Of a stretch of DNA of 64,000 nucleotides, positions 20,474 through 31,700 are shown piece by piece. The notes under the pieces are model-generated. The model did no database searches. It worked only from the letters and a program-made list of their open reading frames with translations, and was not told where the DNA came from. Source of the stretch: Candidatus Woesebacteria bacterium (GTDB lineage Bacteria > Patescibacteriota > Microgenomatia > UBA8517); assembly GCA_013374855.1 (NCBI GenBank), contig CP055308.1:465833-529832 (forward strand), in the 5' to 3' direction. Position 1 is the stretch's first letter; every line of letters begins with the position of its first letter. A program made the translations under genes and the position numbers.

Positions 20474-21391
20474 ATGGGAATACATTTTAAGACAGCGGTA
20501 AGGAATATAATAAGATCTCCTTTTCAGGCTTTTGCTGCGCTTTTTGTTTTAATGGTTACTTTTTTTATAATTAGTTTACTTTCTGTTGTTCTTTATTCGT
20601 CTGGAAAAGTTTTGTCTTATCTTGAGACTAGGCCTCAAGTTATAGCTTTTTTGAAAGCTGATGCCAAAGAGGGCGATATTTTTAATCTTCAGCAAAGGCT
20701 ATCTTCTGACAAGCGAGTTAAGGATGCCAAATATGTGACTAAAGAAGAAGCTTTAAAGATTTACAAAGATGCAACTTCTGACAACCCTCTTTTAGCGGAG
20801 CTTGTAAGTCCTACTGCTTTTCCGGCAAGTTTGGAACTTTCTTTGGTAAGTTTGGATTATGCCAATGAATTTATTACGGAGCTAAAAAAAGAGCCGATTG
20901 TGGATCAGGTTGGGTTTACAGCAAATCTTGGTGGTGAGGCAACTTTGGAAACAACTATTAATCGTATAAGATCAGTAATAAACAATATTCGTTTGGGGGG
21001 AGTTATTTTTGCTCTAGTTTTGTCTTTGACTTCTCTTTTTGTCTTACTTGTGATTATCAGTTTAAGGCTTATGTCAAGAAAGCAGGAAGTTGATATTTTG
21101 AATCTGATTGGGGCAACTCCCTTGTTTGTGGCAATTCCTGTTTTCCTTGAGGCATTAATTTATGTTTTGGCTGGTGTTTTTTTGGGTTGGCTTTTGGCGT
21201 TTGTTTTGGTATTGTATTTTGCTCCTGCTTTGACTTCTTATTTTGGAGAAATAGAAATTTTGCCAAGGGAAGCCATTTCTCTTTTTAAACAATCTCTTAT
21301 TTTATTGGTTCTGGAATGGATTGTTGGTTCTTTTCTGGCAGTTTTAGGCAGCTTTCTTGCTATTTCTCGCTTGTCTAAGAAGAAGTCTTAG
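20474..21391 (+). CDS. ftsX: Cell division permease FtsX
   Basis: TM, extracellular domain (YVTKEEAL, NPL, PASLE), RKQEVDILNLIGAT, 3 further TM. Confidence 0.92.
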   Translation: MGIHFKTAVRNIIRSPFQAFAALFVLMVTFFIISLLSVVLYSSGKVLSYLETRPQVIAFLKADAKEGDIFNLQQRLSSDKRVKDAKYVTKEEALKIYKDATSDNPLLAELVSPTAFPASLELSLVSLDYANEFITELKKEPIVDQVGFTANLGGEATLETTINRIRSVINNIRLGGVIFALVLSLTSLFVLLVIISLRLMSRKQEVDILNLIGATPLFVAIPVFLEALIYVLAGVFLGWLLAFVLVLYFAPALTSYFGEIEILPREAISLFKQSLILLVLEWIVGSFLAVLGSFLAISRLSKKKS

Positions 21392-22566
21392 TGTGTCTAA
21401 AGATGAAGTTTTTAAAAAGAGCAGCTATTTTTTTAATTGTTTTTTTGGTCTTTCTGTCTTTTTTTCTGCCTGTCTTAGCCCAAAGTGAATTTGACAGAGA
21501 TGCGAGGCTTAAGGAACTGGAAGTGCAGATTAAGCAATATGAGGAAGAGCTTTCTAGATTACGGAGTCAATCTGCTACCCTGACTAATCAGATAGCACAA
21601 TACGATGCTCAAATTAGGCTAGCCGAGCTTCAGATTGAGGAAACTCAAAGAAAAATAGAGCTTTTGACGGGTCGCATAGATCAACTTGAGGTTTCCCTTG
21701 TTGCTTTGACTAAAGCTTTTTCTGAAAGAGCAGTAGAAACTTATAAAATGGCTCGTTTGGGGGATCCTCTTTTTTATGTTGTTGCCTCGCCAAATCTTTC
21801 TGTTGCGGTTTCAAGGTTTCATTATTTAAAGCTAATCCAGCGTTCGGATCAGGAGCTTTTATTAAGGCTTCAATCAGCGCAAAATAATTATCAGGACCAA
21901 AAGCAGGATCAGGAGTCTCTTCAAAAACAGCTTGAAAAACAGAAAGCAAATTTAGATGCGCAAAAGGCAGCTAAAGCTAATCTTCTTGCAATAACAAAAA
22001 ATGATGAAAGATATTATCAACGGCTTTTGTCTCAAGCTAAGAGTCAGCTTGCAGCTTTGAGGCGGTTTGTTGTCAGTCAAGGTGGGGCAACTATTTTGCA
22101 AAATCAAACTAAATGTGATTCTTGGGGTTGCTATTACAACCAGCGGGATAGCCAGTGGGGAACGATAGGAATTGGTGGTTCTTCTTATTCTGTGGCAGAA
22201 TATGGCTGTCTTATTTCTTCAATTGCAATGATTGCCACCCATTATGGAAGGAAGATGACGCCGGCAGATATTGCAACAAACCCAAATTTTTTTGTTCCCG
22301 GCACAGGTTATATTTATCATCAAGCAGAGGGAATGCCTTTTACCATTAGTACTGCTTCTAAAGGACAGCTTGACAGCCTTCTTGCGTCAGGGCCTGTGAT
22401 AGCCGGCCTTTATTCAGGGCCGGATCATTTTATAGTTATCTTGAAAAAAGAGGGGGATAACTACAGAATGCACGATCCTTTTATGCCAGATGGGGCGAAT
22501 CGTCTTTTGACTGAAAAATATAGTGTTTCTGATATTTCCAGCCTTCGTTTGGTTAGTTTTAAGTAG
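21391..22566 (+). CDS. Secreted coiled-coil (PcsB/CwlO/EnvC-like) protein with C-terminal C39-like peptidase domain
   Basis: Signal peptide, long coiled coil, YNQRDSQWG...YGCLISSIAM...HFIVI...HDP; follows ftsEX. Confidence 0.8.
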   Translation: MCLKMKFLKRAAIFLIVFLVFLSFFLPVLAQSEFDRDARLKELEVQIKQYEEELSRLRSQSATLTNQIAQYDAQIRLAELQIEETQRKIELLTGRIDQLEVSLVALTKAFSERAVETYKMARLGDPLFYVVASPNLSVAVSRFHYLKLIQRSDQELLLRLQSAQNNYQDQKQDQESLQKQLEKQKANLDAQKAAKANLLAITKNDERYYQRLLSQAKSQLAALRRFVVSQGGATILQNQTKCDSWGCYYNQRDSQWGTIGIGGSSYSVAEYGCLISSIAMIATHYGRKMTPADIATNPNFFVPGTGYIYHQAEGMPFTISTASKGQLDSLLASGPVIAGLYSGPDHFIVILKKEGDNYRMHDPFMPDGANRLLTEKYSVSDISSLRLVSFK

Positions 22567-22665
22567 GGTATTTATTCTCTAGAAATAGTTGTTTTTGGTT
22601 TTCTAACAATTGTGATCCTTTTATCTTTTTTATTTTTGTCTGTCCTGTTGTAAACTTGTTAATTT

Positions 22666-22693
22666 TGTATCAATGTATTAATACATTGATACA
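22666..22693. repeat. 28-bp perfect palindrome, variant B, copy 2 (extends to 32 bp, 22664-22695)
   Basis: TGTATCAATGTATTAATACATTGATACA, 68 bp upstream of the TrpR-like ATG. Confidence 0.97.
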
Positions 22694-22761
22694 AATAGAA
22701 TGTCTGGAAGGTTTGTTTAACTTTGTGGTATAAATAAAATAGGTTTTGATGACTTTTTAAA

Positions 22762-23208
22762 ATGGCGCAGGTCTCTAAAGTTCCTGTAAGAAAAGAAGTA
22801 TACCTTAGGGTATTTGAAGTTTTTGTGAGTACTATTTCGCGTCTTAAAGATAAAAAAGATATTGTTGTTTTTTTAAATGAATTTTTTACTCCAACAGAAA
22901 AGATTATGTTTGTCAAAAGATTTGCTATACCTATTCTTTATGAGAAAGGCTATACCTATCGTGATATTTCAAGTGTTTTGAAAGTTAGCACAGCCACTGT
23001 TAGTCGGGTTATTATTTTTTACAACTTGAGTGACGAATTTAGAGAATTAATTAAAAAATTTTTGGAGGAGGAGAAAACAAAGAAATTTTTACTTGATCTG
23101 GGTGATATTATTGCATCTGCTGCAGGAGTGAGTGGAGCTAAAGCCTCCTCCTGGTTTGCTTTGAAGAAGGAAATTAAAAAGAAAAAGGCAAGAAATAATG
23201 TTTTTTGA
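22762..23208 (+). CDS. TrpR-like (YerC/YecD family) helix-turn-helix DNA-binding protein
   Basis: FLNEFFTPTEKIMFVKRFAI..LYEKGYTYRDISSVLKVSTATVSRV matches the TrpR/YerC HTH pattern. Confidence 0.88.
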   Translation: MAQVSKVPVRKEVYLRVFEVFVSTISRLKDKKDIVVFLNEFFTPTEKIMFVKRFAIPILYEKGYTYRDISSVLKVSTATVSRVIIFYNLSDEFRELIKKFLEEEKTKKFLLDLGDIIASAAGVSGAKASSWFALKKEIKKKKARNNVF

Positions 23209-23249
23209 TTTTGTTATGTTGCTGATTTTAGAGTTTGATGTTTTTTTCT

Positions 23250-23277
23250 TGTATCAATGTATTAATACATTGATACA
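23250..23277. repeat. 28-bp perfect palindrome, variant B, copy 3 (extends to 30 bp)
   Basis: TGTATCAATGTATTAATACATTGATACA, 41 bp downstream of the TrpR-like stop. Confidence 0.97.
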
Positions 23278-23351
23278 AACAAGCTTAGATGTCTTAGGAT
23301 TTGCCTTTGAAATTTAATATTTTATTTAATTCTTTTAATATTAAACATATA

Positions 23352-24527
23352 ATGAAAAAAAATTTTTTGTTTTTTGTTTTTGGGGGTCTGTTTTTTGTTT
23401 TTCTTGTCTTTGAGTTTTGTTCTCCCGTTTCGGCTGCTTTTAATTTTTATATTTCAGATGTAAATCCTAAAGAGGTTTTTTCGAAAGAACAGGAAATTGA
23501 AGTAAAAGTGGTTGTAGAATCTTTGCCTATTTCGAGCGATTCTTTTTTTAGGGTTTCTATTAAAAAAGGGAACTCGTTTGTTGGTTATATGATGATTAAT
23601 AATGAGTGGGTGAAGATGGGTTCTTTATCGTCTGATAAAGAAAATAATTTGTGTACTCGTTATTATAAGGTTAATTCTGATGGAGTTTATGATTTTAGGT
23701 TGAAAATAGGTAGTGATGTTGAGATTGCTAATGGGGAATATATAGTTAAAGTTCATAGATTTCCTTATAATTATAATGGTAGTGGCAAGTGTGGCGATTA
23801 TGATTCTTCTGAAGAACAAGTGGAGTTTAAGGTAAATGTTATTCTTCCTACTCCTTCTCCCACTCCAGCACCTACTCAAAGTTCAACTTCTTATCCAAGT
23901 GCATCTTCTGCTACAGTCAAAATTTCTCAACCTAAAGATCAAAATGGTGGAGATATTCTTGGATCACTGAAAATTTATATTGATGGTAGTTATGTTGATA
24001 AATCTGCACCGAAAACTTATACTTTTGGTGATGGTAAGACTTGTGGATCAAACAATGTTCCTTGTGGTTTTGGAACACATACTTTTAAAGTAGAAAAGAC
24101 AGGCTATCTTCCTTGGGTTAAGACTGCAGATATAACTGTCGGTAGTAATTATGAATTTGATCCAGTATTGATTTTAGCCTCTCCTTCTCCTACGCCAACA
24201 ATTAAATCATCTCCTACTGCTACCGCTTCAGCAACTCCAAAATCAACCCCGGTTGACATTTCCACATCGACAGCATCCGGAATTTTGGCAGAAGATGTTT
24301 TTTCAAATGAATCAGTATTGGGTGCAGAAAGCATAGAAAAAACTCCTCAACCTGAAGAAAATATATCAGCTGATCCAAAACTGAAAGCAGCAGCCTTGTT
24401 TTTTATAACAGCTGGTGTTTCTTTTTTGGGGTCTGCTGTGTATGCTTATATAAGGTCTAAAAATAAAAAAGGGAAGAATGAAGAGAAATCAGACGAGGTT
24501 GAAGAAGAAAGTGACGAAAATCATTAG
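23352..24527 (+). CDS. Surface protein with PEGA-like domain, P/T/S linkers and C-terminal TM anchor
   Basis: Signal peptide, IYIDG...GTHTFKVEKTGY.PW, PTPSPTP linkers, SVLGAES, C-terminal TM and basic tail. Confidence 0.78.
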   Translation: MKKNFLFFVFGGLFFVFLVFEFCSPVSAAFNFYISDVNPKEVFSKEQEIEVKVVVESLPISSDSFFRVSIKKGNSFVGYMMINNEWVKMGSLSSDKENNLCTRYYKVNSDGVYDFRLKIGSDVEIANGEYIVKVHRFPYNYNGSGKCGDYDSSEEQVEFKVNVILPTPSPTPAPTQSSTSYPSASSATVKISQPKDQNGGDILGSLKIYIDGSYVDKSAPKTYTFGDGKTCGSNNVPCGFGTHTFKVEKTGYLPWVKTADITVGSNYEFDPVLILASPSPTPTIKSSPTATASATPKSTPVDISTSTASGILAEDVFSNESVLGAESIEKTPQPEENISADPKLKAAALFFITAGVSFLGSAVYAYIRSKNKKGKNEEKSDEVEEESDENH

Positions 24528-24939
24528 CCTTTGGTTGCCCCCAATTTTATGGATGGGGATTATTTTCTTTTTAAGCTCTCGCCCAACCATTAAGACTACT
24601 CAAATCTACTGGCAGGATTTTTTAATTAAGAAAACGGCTCATTTTGTTGAATATGCAATTTTATCTTTTCTTTATATTCGTGCTTTCTTGGGAAGCAGTA
24701 TGTCACAAAAAAAATCTTTTATTCTTGCATTTTTGATAAGTCTTGTTTATGCGATAAGTGATGAATATCACCAATCTTTTGTGCCGGGAAGAGAACCGAG
24801 AATAAGAGATGTGGTGATTGATTCAATGGGTGCTCTTTTTGCAATTTATCTTGTCGCTTTTAGGCCTTCTTGGGCGAGAAAGCTGGTTGGAAAGTTGATA
24901 CCTTATAAAGTATTAGGAGAATTGAAGAGTAAAAATTAG
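24478..24939 (+). CDS. VanZ family membrane protein
   Basis: WMGIIFFLSS, KKTAHFVEYAIL, YAISDEYHQSFVPGR....DV.ID. Confidence 0.9.
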   Translation: MKRNQTRLKKKVTKIISLWLPPILWMGIIFFLSSRPTIKTTQIYWQDFLIKKTAHFVEYAILSFLYIRAFLGSSMSQKKSFILAFLISLVYAISDEYHQSFVPGREPRIRDVVIDSMGALFAIYLVAFRPSWARKLVGKLIPYKVLGELKSKN

Positions 24940-25086
24940 TTAAGAATTAAAATTAGATTGTGGATTATAATAGATTAGTGGGTTTGAGGGCAACTCAAAA
25001 GGTGGAAGTAAAATTAAAAAATCATTGCTAAGGTTTTGGGTTATTCTTGTTGAATTTTTGCTTTGTTTGTTCTAAATTAAAAAAGG

Positions 25087-25722
25087 ATGGAAAAAAGAAA
25101 AGCTTACGCTTTCTATCTTGATGTAGCGGGTGAGGTCTTAATTATATTTTCTTTTCTTATTCTGTTTTTCACCTACGGTCCTGTCGCTAAAGAAGAGGTT
25201 GCTTATCAGGTAAGGCAGACTTTAGATAAGTCAATCAAGACAAAAGAAATAGAGCCTCCCAATTATGAGTTTTCTATAGTTGTTCCCAAACTCTCTGTTT
25301 CTGCACCTGTTTTTGCGTCGGTTAATCCTTTTGACGAGAAGGAATATCTGCCTGTTTTACAAAAGGGTGTTGCGCATGCTAAAGGTTCAGCACTTCCCGG
25401 TCGGTTTGGTAATACTTATCTTTTTGCTCATTCAACTGATGCCTTTTACAATGTGGGCAGATACAATGCTGTTTTTTATCTTTTGGGTAAACTTGAAAAA
25501 GGAGACAAGGTATACATTTACTATAATAACCAAAAGTACACGTACGAAGTAACCGATAAAAAAGTGGTTCCTCCCACTGAGGTTTCTTATCTTGGCAAAT
25601 CTGGCAGGGGTAACACCTTAACTCTTCAGACTTGTTATCCTCCAGGAACCACGCTGAAGCGTCTTGTGGTATTGGCAGAGATGGAAGGAGATGTTAGTTT
25701 TGATTTTCCCTTAAAATATTAA
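25087..25722 (+). CDS. Sortase
   Basis: N-terminal TM, LQKGVAH, GNTYLFAHS (His), LTLQTC (Cys), RLVVLA (Arg). Confidence 0.93.
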   Translation: MEKRKAYAFYLDVAGEVLIIFSFLILFFTYGPVAKEEVAYQVRQTLDKSIKTKEIEPPNYEFSIVVPKLSVSAPVFASVNPFDEKEYLPVLQKGVAHAKGSALPGRFGNTYLFAHSTDAFYNVGRYNAVFYLLGKLEKGDKVYIYYNNQKYTYEVTDKKVVPPTEVSYLGKSGRGNTLTLQTCYPPGTTLKRLVVLAEMEGDVSFDFPLKY

Positions 25723-25744
25723 AAAGGGATATAAAATTAAGTAG

Positions 25745-25773
25745 TTGACAAAACCCATAAGAGAGTATATCAT
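25745..25773 (+). promoter_or_regulatory. Sigma70-type promoter of the giant surface protein gene
   Basis: TTGACA-17 bp-TATCAT. Confidence 0.65.
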
Positions 25774-25793
25774 TCGCTTAACTGCTCATATCA

Positions 25794-28700
25794 ATGAATA
25801 AAAAAATAGTCTTTAAGCTGTTTTCTTTAGTTTCTGCCTTTTCTATTCTTTTTAACTTGTTTTATACGCCTCTTTATGTTTTAGCTCAAGAAACAGGCTC
25901 TCAAACTGATCAATCAACACCCGCACCAACATTGGCAGTAGAGACTAATCCAACACCGGAAGTTACTTTTACTCCAGAACCAAATCAAACACCAGAGGCA
26001 ACCTCAACACCAGAGTCAACTCCAACACCAGAAGAAGTTTCAACTCCCACTGCAACACCAACATCAGAACCTACAATAGAACCTACTCCTACTTTGCTTC
26101 CAGGCCCGGAGGTTGTTTTAGGAGAGAAAACAGAAAGTTCTTCTTCTCCAACAAATTTACCAACTAGCTTTGATACAAGTGATAGTGACAAAGTTTTTGA
26201 ATCTTCCGCACAGCTTTTCTTAACTGACGCTTCTGTTGAGAAAGAGTGTCTTGCAGATCAAAATGTAATTGATAGTCAGGATGTTGATTGGTATATTTCG
26301 ACTGATAGTGGGTATGCACAAACGAAATCTAATGTTCAGATTGGAGTAAGATATGTTTTTCCATTGGAGAATAAGGTAACCTTAACTTTTAAATGTCTTC
26401 CTAAAGATGAGTCTTTAAGAAGTTCTTTAAAGATCCAAAAGGTTAAGGTCTCAGATTTGAATCTTCCTGAAGGGTTAAATCCTTACGGCGAATGGGCTTA
26501 TGATATTACCACTGGTATGAAAGATGGTACTTTTGAGTATGATATCACCCTTCCTAAACCAGAAAATCAAGAAGCGAAAGTTTTCTATATGGAAGATGTT
26601 AGTGGGGAAGTTAAGAATGTTGAAGATGAAAAGATAAATCAGGAAGGAGATAAGATTAGAGTTGAAAGTTTGGATCATTTTTCTGTTTTTTATTTAGTAA
26701 CAGTTTCTCCGGGTGGGGTAAATAGTTTAGAGAAGTTTGATAGTCTTAGTGATTGGATCACATCTAATTCTTCTGTTGCTTCTGGTTCAGGTGATGATTC
26801 ACCTTTAGATGGCAATTTTGCCAAGATTGACGCTGGAGGATATATTTGTCGTGATGTGGATGCTCTTGGTTTTCAAAATCTTTTGCTTCAGTTTTACTGG
26901 AAAGGAGATAAAGATGCAGGGTCACATGATAATGGCTATGTTTATGTTAAAAAAGGTGGCAATTGTTCAGACGATGATGGTTGGACTAAGGTTTATAAAG
27001 CAGACTTAGATACCAACAGAGATAAAAATGGTTATCCTCAATGGAGTTCTCAAATTTCTATTAATTTAAATTCCAGTTTTTCTAATTCCAATTTTAAAAT
27101 TAAATTTAAAAATTCCTCAAACGACGCATCAGATGAGTTTTTTAGAGTTGACAACTTTAAGATTACAGGAACGAAAATAAACTGGCCAGATGATTGGACT
27201 GTTCCAAGTTGCTATCTGGATCCAACCGGGGAATCGGGTGTAGGCAATACAAGAGTTGATTTGGATGGGACTTCTACAAGCAAGCCTGCGGCTTCTTATA
27301 AGTGGACAAATGACTATTTATACTTGCGTTTCAGAGTAGATGGTAATCCTGGTACTGCGTCAAATCCAGATAATTTTGCTTGGTCAGTTTTGGTCCAAAA
27401 TACACCTCCTAAATATCAATATTTGATTACTCTTGACGGACTGAACAATCAGCTAAAGATTTTAGAAAACAATCAGTCAACTGCTTCTAATGTTACCTGG
27501 AATCCAATTTTAAATGATCCTGCAGAGACTTTGCTTTGGTCAGGTCCAAGCTCAATGTATGCCAATATTGTTCATGACAGCTCGACAGTTGACGATCATT
27601 ATATTATTTTAGCTGTGCCTATAAGTGCTTTGCCTAGTTCGGTAACTAGCTCCTCAATTTTTTATTTTGCTACAGCTGCCGATATCAATAATTTTAATAA
27701 AGATCACCTGAATTGTTATGAACAGCCACAAACGGGTTTGATTAGGGTTGAGAAGAGCGTTAAGGAAGGAAACACTTGGACTAACCAAGCTGAAAGTATC
27801 AGTCTTTTTAAATGGCGGGTTGATGATGAGACACAGTGGCGAGATATGGGGACTAGTGTTGAACTTTCAGCTGGTTCTCATTCTATAACAGAAAATAGTG
27901 TTATTGGTTATCAATTTGATGGTTGGTATTATGCTGGCAGTGGAAATGGTTCCTGTATTAGCCCAGAGGGGACCATCTTACCTATTAATTTGAATATTGT
28001 TGCTGGTCAACAAAAAGAGATTGTTTTATGTAACTCCCGTTTGCCTTATTGTGGAGATGGAATTAAAAATGGGGAAGAACAGTGTGATGGAACTGATGGA
28101 GTGACCCCAGGGCAAAACTTCTGCACTAAAAGTTGTACTTTAGTTCCAATTTATGATGGAGAAGATAGTTGTCCTGCAGGGACTGTTAAAAGCCAGACTC
28201 CGATTTTATCTAAAGTAATTTCGGCAACCGATCCTGACGGAGAAACATTTAATTTGGATATCGGAGGAAAATATATTTTTGAGGTAAGTGGTACTTATAG
28301 TTATGATAAAAATAATAGTGGTAAGTTAGCTGATGCGGCTTATGGAACAAAAGATAATTGGTCCTCTACAAGAACCGATATTGGTATTTGGGGAACAAAT
28401 AGAGGGGTAACTTCTTTATTGGCTGATTTAGGGAGTGGTGTGGGAGTAGTTGAATGGGATAATAATCAAATGTTTAATCCTGATCATACCTACCAGAAAT
28501 ATTATTCTCCAACCAAAAATTCAGTCCAATTTTTAATCAGTGATTGGTATGATAACTGGTTTAATTCTTCTTACAACAATCAATCTGCTATGTCAGATAA
28601 TTCCGGAAGTTTGACTTTAAATGTTTATAAATGCGAGCCAGTATCTGAGGTCAAAATTTGCAAGTATGACAACAACCAACAGCCACTTTCTGGTTGGCGG

Positions 28701-31700
28701 GTTTATTTATTGGGAGAAAAATTAAACAGTTTTTCTATTCCTTCAGACGGAAGTGTTGTCAACGCGGGTAATTATTCTTCCGGTAGTTATGCTCTGATTG
28801 CCTCGGGTGTTTATAACTATGGAGATCCTCGGATGAATGCTGATGCGGCTAATTCATATCGTTATGTTGGTCTTCCTTGCGCCGGTTCAACTGATGGTTG
28901 GGTTAACGGCGAAGCCTCAAGTTGTATGAGCAACTATTTGTCTTTAAATTTATCAACAAGTGGCGGGCCAACTGCTCCGGGTTGGGGACTGTACTACAAT
29001 CCTGAGCATATATATGCAAAAGCATTTACGGGTGGAAATTTGCAGGCAAAAATTTGGGATACTTGTAGTTTAAGTCAGCCAGAAGGCTGTTATGGTGATA
29101 ACGAAGGAAAATTGAAACTTGATGTTTATAAAGGTTATGTTGGCGATACTGGGAATGACGGATGTGTCACCTTTAATAATGTCCCTTATGGCAGTTATCA
29201 ATTGGACGAAGTGTTAAAAGAAGGATGGAGAAAAGAGTCTGGCCAAGGAGAAGTTGTGGTAGATGGTTCTTCAGAAGTTTTCAGTTTAATTAACGCTTTA
29301 AATTATGGTTCAATTTCAGGAAAGAAATATGATGGTTCGGAGGAAGGAACGGTACTTTCCGGTTGGTCAATAGTTTTGACAGGTAACTCTCATGTTTCTT
29401 CTTTAAATGTTCCTGCTAATGGGGAAGTTGTTAATTCTGCTCCTTTAGAATCAGGCAAGAAATATTTAGTAAAAGTTTCTGGCGCAGCTCAAGCGGGTGA
29501 CAATATTCACTTTGACGCTGAGTGTGCCAGTGATGGCGGAGTGACGCCTTGGATTAATGGTGTTCCACGATATTTATCCTATGGCGAAAATCTCTTAGAC
29601 CTAAAAATTAATGACAATTTTGTTGATTGGGGCAGTTGTGAGCCGGTAAATCATACTTATTATTATTTGCTTAATGGTAATGGCAGTCCGGTATCTTTTA
29701 AGGTTTATGATATTTATTACCCAAATAACACTGGAAGTTTAACGGTTGAAATTTATGAAGTGGTGAAAGAGGATGTTACTGACAGTACTGGTTATGGTTG
29801 GAATGATGTTTTAGCTGGAGATTATCAACTTTGCGAGATTATTCAGACAGGTTGGAATCAAACTAAACCGGGAACATTTGGTGCTCCAACTTGTTATTCT
29901 GTAAAAGTTACCCCTGGTTCTAATCAAACTTTTGATTTTGTTAATTTTAAGCTTGGAACTATTCAGGGTAGAAAGTATGAAGATTTAAATGGTAATGGTT
30001 CAGAAAACAGTGGTGAACCATATCTTAATGGATGGACAATTAGGCTTTATAAAGAGGGTGAGGGTTGGGATTTAGTTGATTCAAAGACCACAGGACACAC
30101 TGGCGTGTTGGGCGAGTATAAATTTGAGAATCTTGAACCTGGCAGGTATAGGGTTTGTGAAGTTCTTAAAGATGGTTGGGTTCAAACTTCGCCAACTGGA
30201 GTAACTAACAACATTGCTTCTGATGAGGCACCAAGCTGTCGGGTTGTTAATATTAATACTTCAGCTCAGATTTTAACTGATGAGAACTTTGGCAACTTTA
30301 AGCTAGGTAGAATTTATGGCTATAAGTATGATGAAGATGGGGAAACTGGGATTGGAGGTTGGAAGATATTTATAGATAATGATGGGGATAAAAGCTTTGA
30401 CGAAGGTGAAGTGTCGGTTCAGACTGGAAATGATGGCTATTTTGAATTTACAGGATTGACTTCTGGTACTTACAATGTGTGCGAGGTTGAACAAAGTGGT
30501 TGGCAGAGGATGTATCCTGTGGGAACTAACTGTCAGTCTATTGACATAAAATCAGGATCAGAAAAAGAAATTTATTTCCAAAACAGAAAGGTTGTTTTGG
30601 GATTGACTCTTACCAAGTTAAACGACGCTGTTTTGGGTTTGTCAGCAGGAGGGCAGATTAATTATAAGTTAGTAATTAAAAACACGGGTAATCAATCCTT
30701 GAGTGGTGTTACTATTAAAGACGCCCCAGCTGGTGGTTTTACATTTGTCGCAGGAAGTGGTTTTTTGGGTAGTGACCCAATAACGCCAACATTTAGCGGT
30801 GGTTATATTGAATGGTATATTGGCGTCTTAGCTGCAGGGGAAGAGAAAACTTTAACCTACAAGATGCAGACAGGTTCTGATCTTGTTAATGGAGTTTATC
30901 CAAATATTGCAATAGCGACAGGTATTTATACTCCTTCTGAATATGTTCCAGAGGAAGTTGTGGGGATATTTAGTCCAATTGTGGTTGAGGCTTTGGCAGT
31001 AGACGATAATGCAGAAGAAGGACAAAGAATAGAAAGTAATGAAGGAACACCTGTTAATTCTGAGGTAAGGATTGCCTCTAGCCTCTCTTATTCAACCGGA
31101 GTTGGCTCAACAGGGCAAGTTCTGGGTGCTTCAACTGAAGTGGGAGGCCAAGTATTGCCTGCTGCTGGTTCTTCTACTTGGAATCTTGCGCTTGCGCTTT
31201 TGTCTTTGATATTTGGTTTTGGGTTAAAAGCGTTAGGTATTGCAGTTGAAAGAGGGAAAATCGACACAAGAAGAGTTAGAAGGGGTCTTAAAAAAGCAAG
31301 CTTATTCTTGTCATCTTTGGCTTTGTTTTTGGTTTTGGCTTCTACAACTAAGGCTTTTTCTGATTATGTTTATATAACAAAACTTGATTCTTATCTAAAT
31401 AAAGAAAACTTTTACCTTTCCTACTCAGCTTTGTCTGAAAATCCGATTTCGGCGCAATTTTATGTAAGAAGAGATGGAGATGCTACATGGAGAACTGTGG
31501 GTAGCTTGCTAAATGGCGCTTCAGGACAGGTTGAAGTAAAGTCTGGTGATATTTACGGCGGTGATGGAAAATACTTCTTTAAGGTAGTTATAAATAGTGG
31601 AACAGCATCAGACGAAACCTCAACAACAATAGACAGAAGCAGCCCAGATCCAGTTCGGGATTATAGAAAAGAGAAGATTTCAGATGGGCATTATAAGCTT

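Noticed and set aside
22666-23277. Palindrome pair as a CRISPR mini-array
   Set aside because: The repeats are about 556 bp apart, enclose a gene, have no loop, and no cas genes are present
25910-26100. Tandem ACACCAGA/ACTCCA-type repeats
   Set aside because: They encode the TPEPT linker of the surface protein; low-complexity coding sequence
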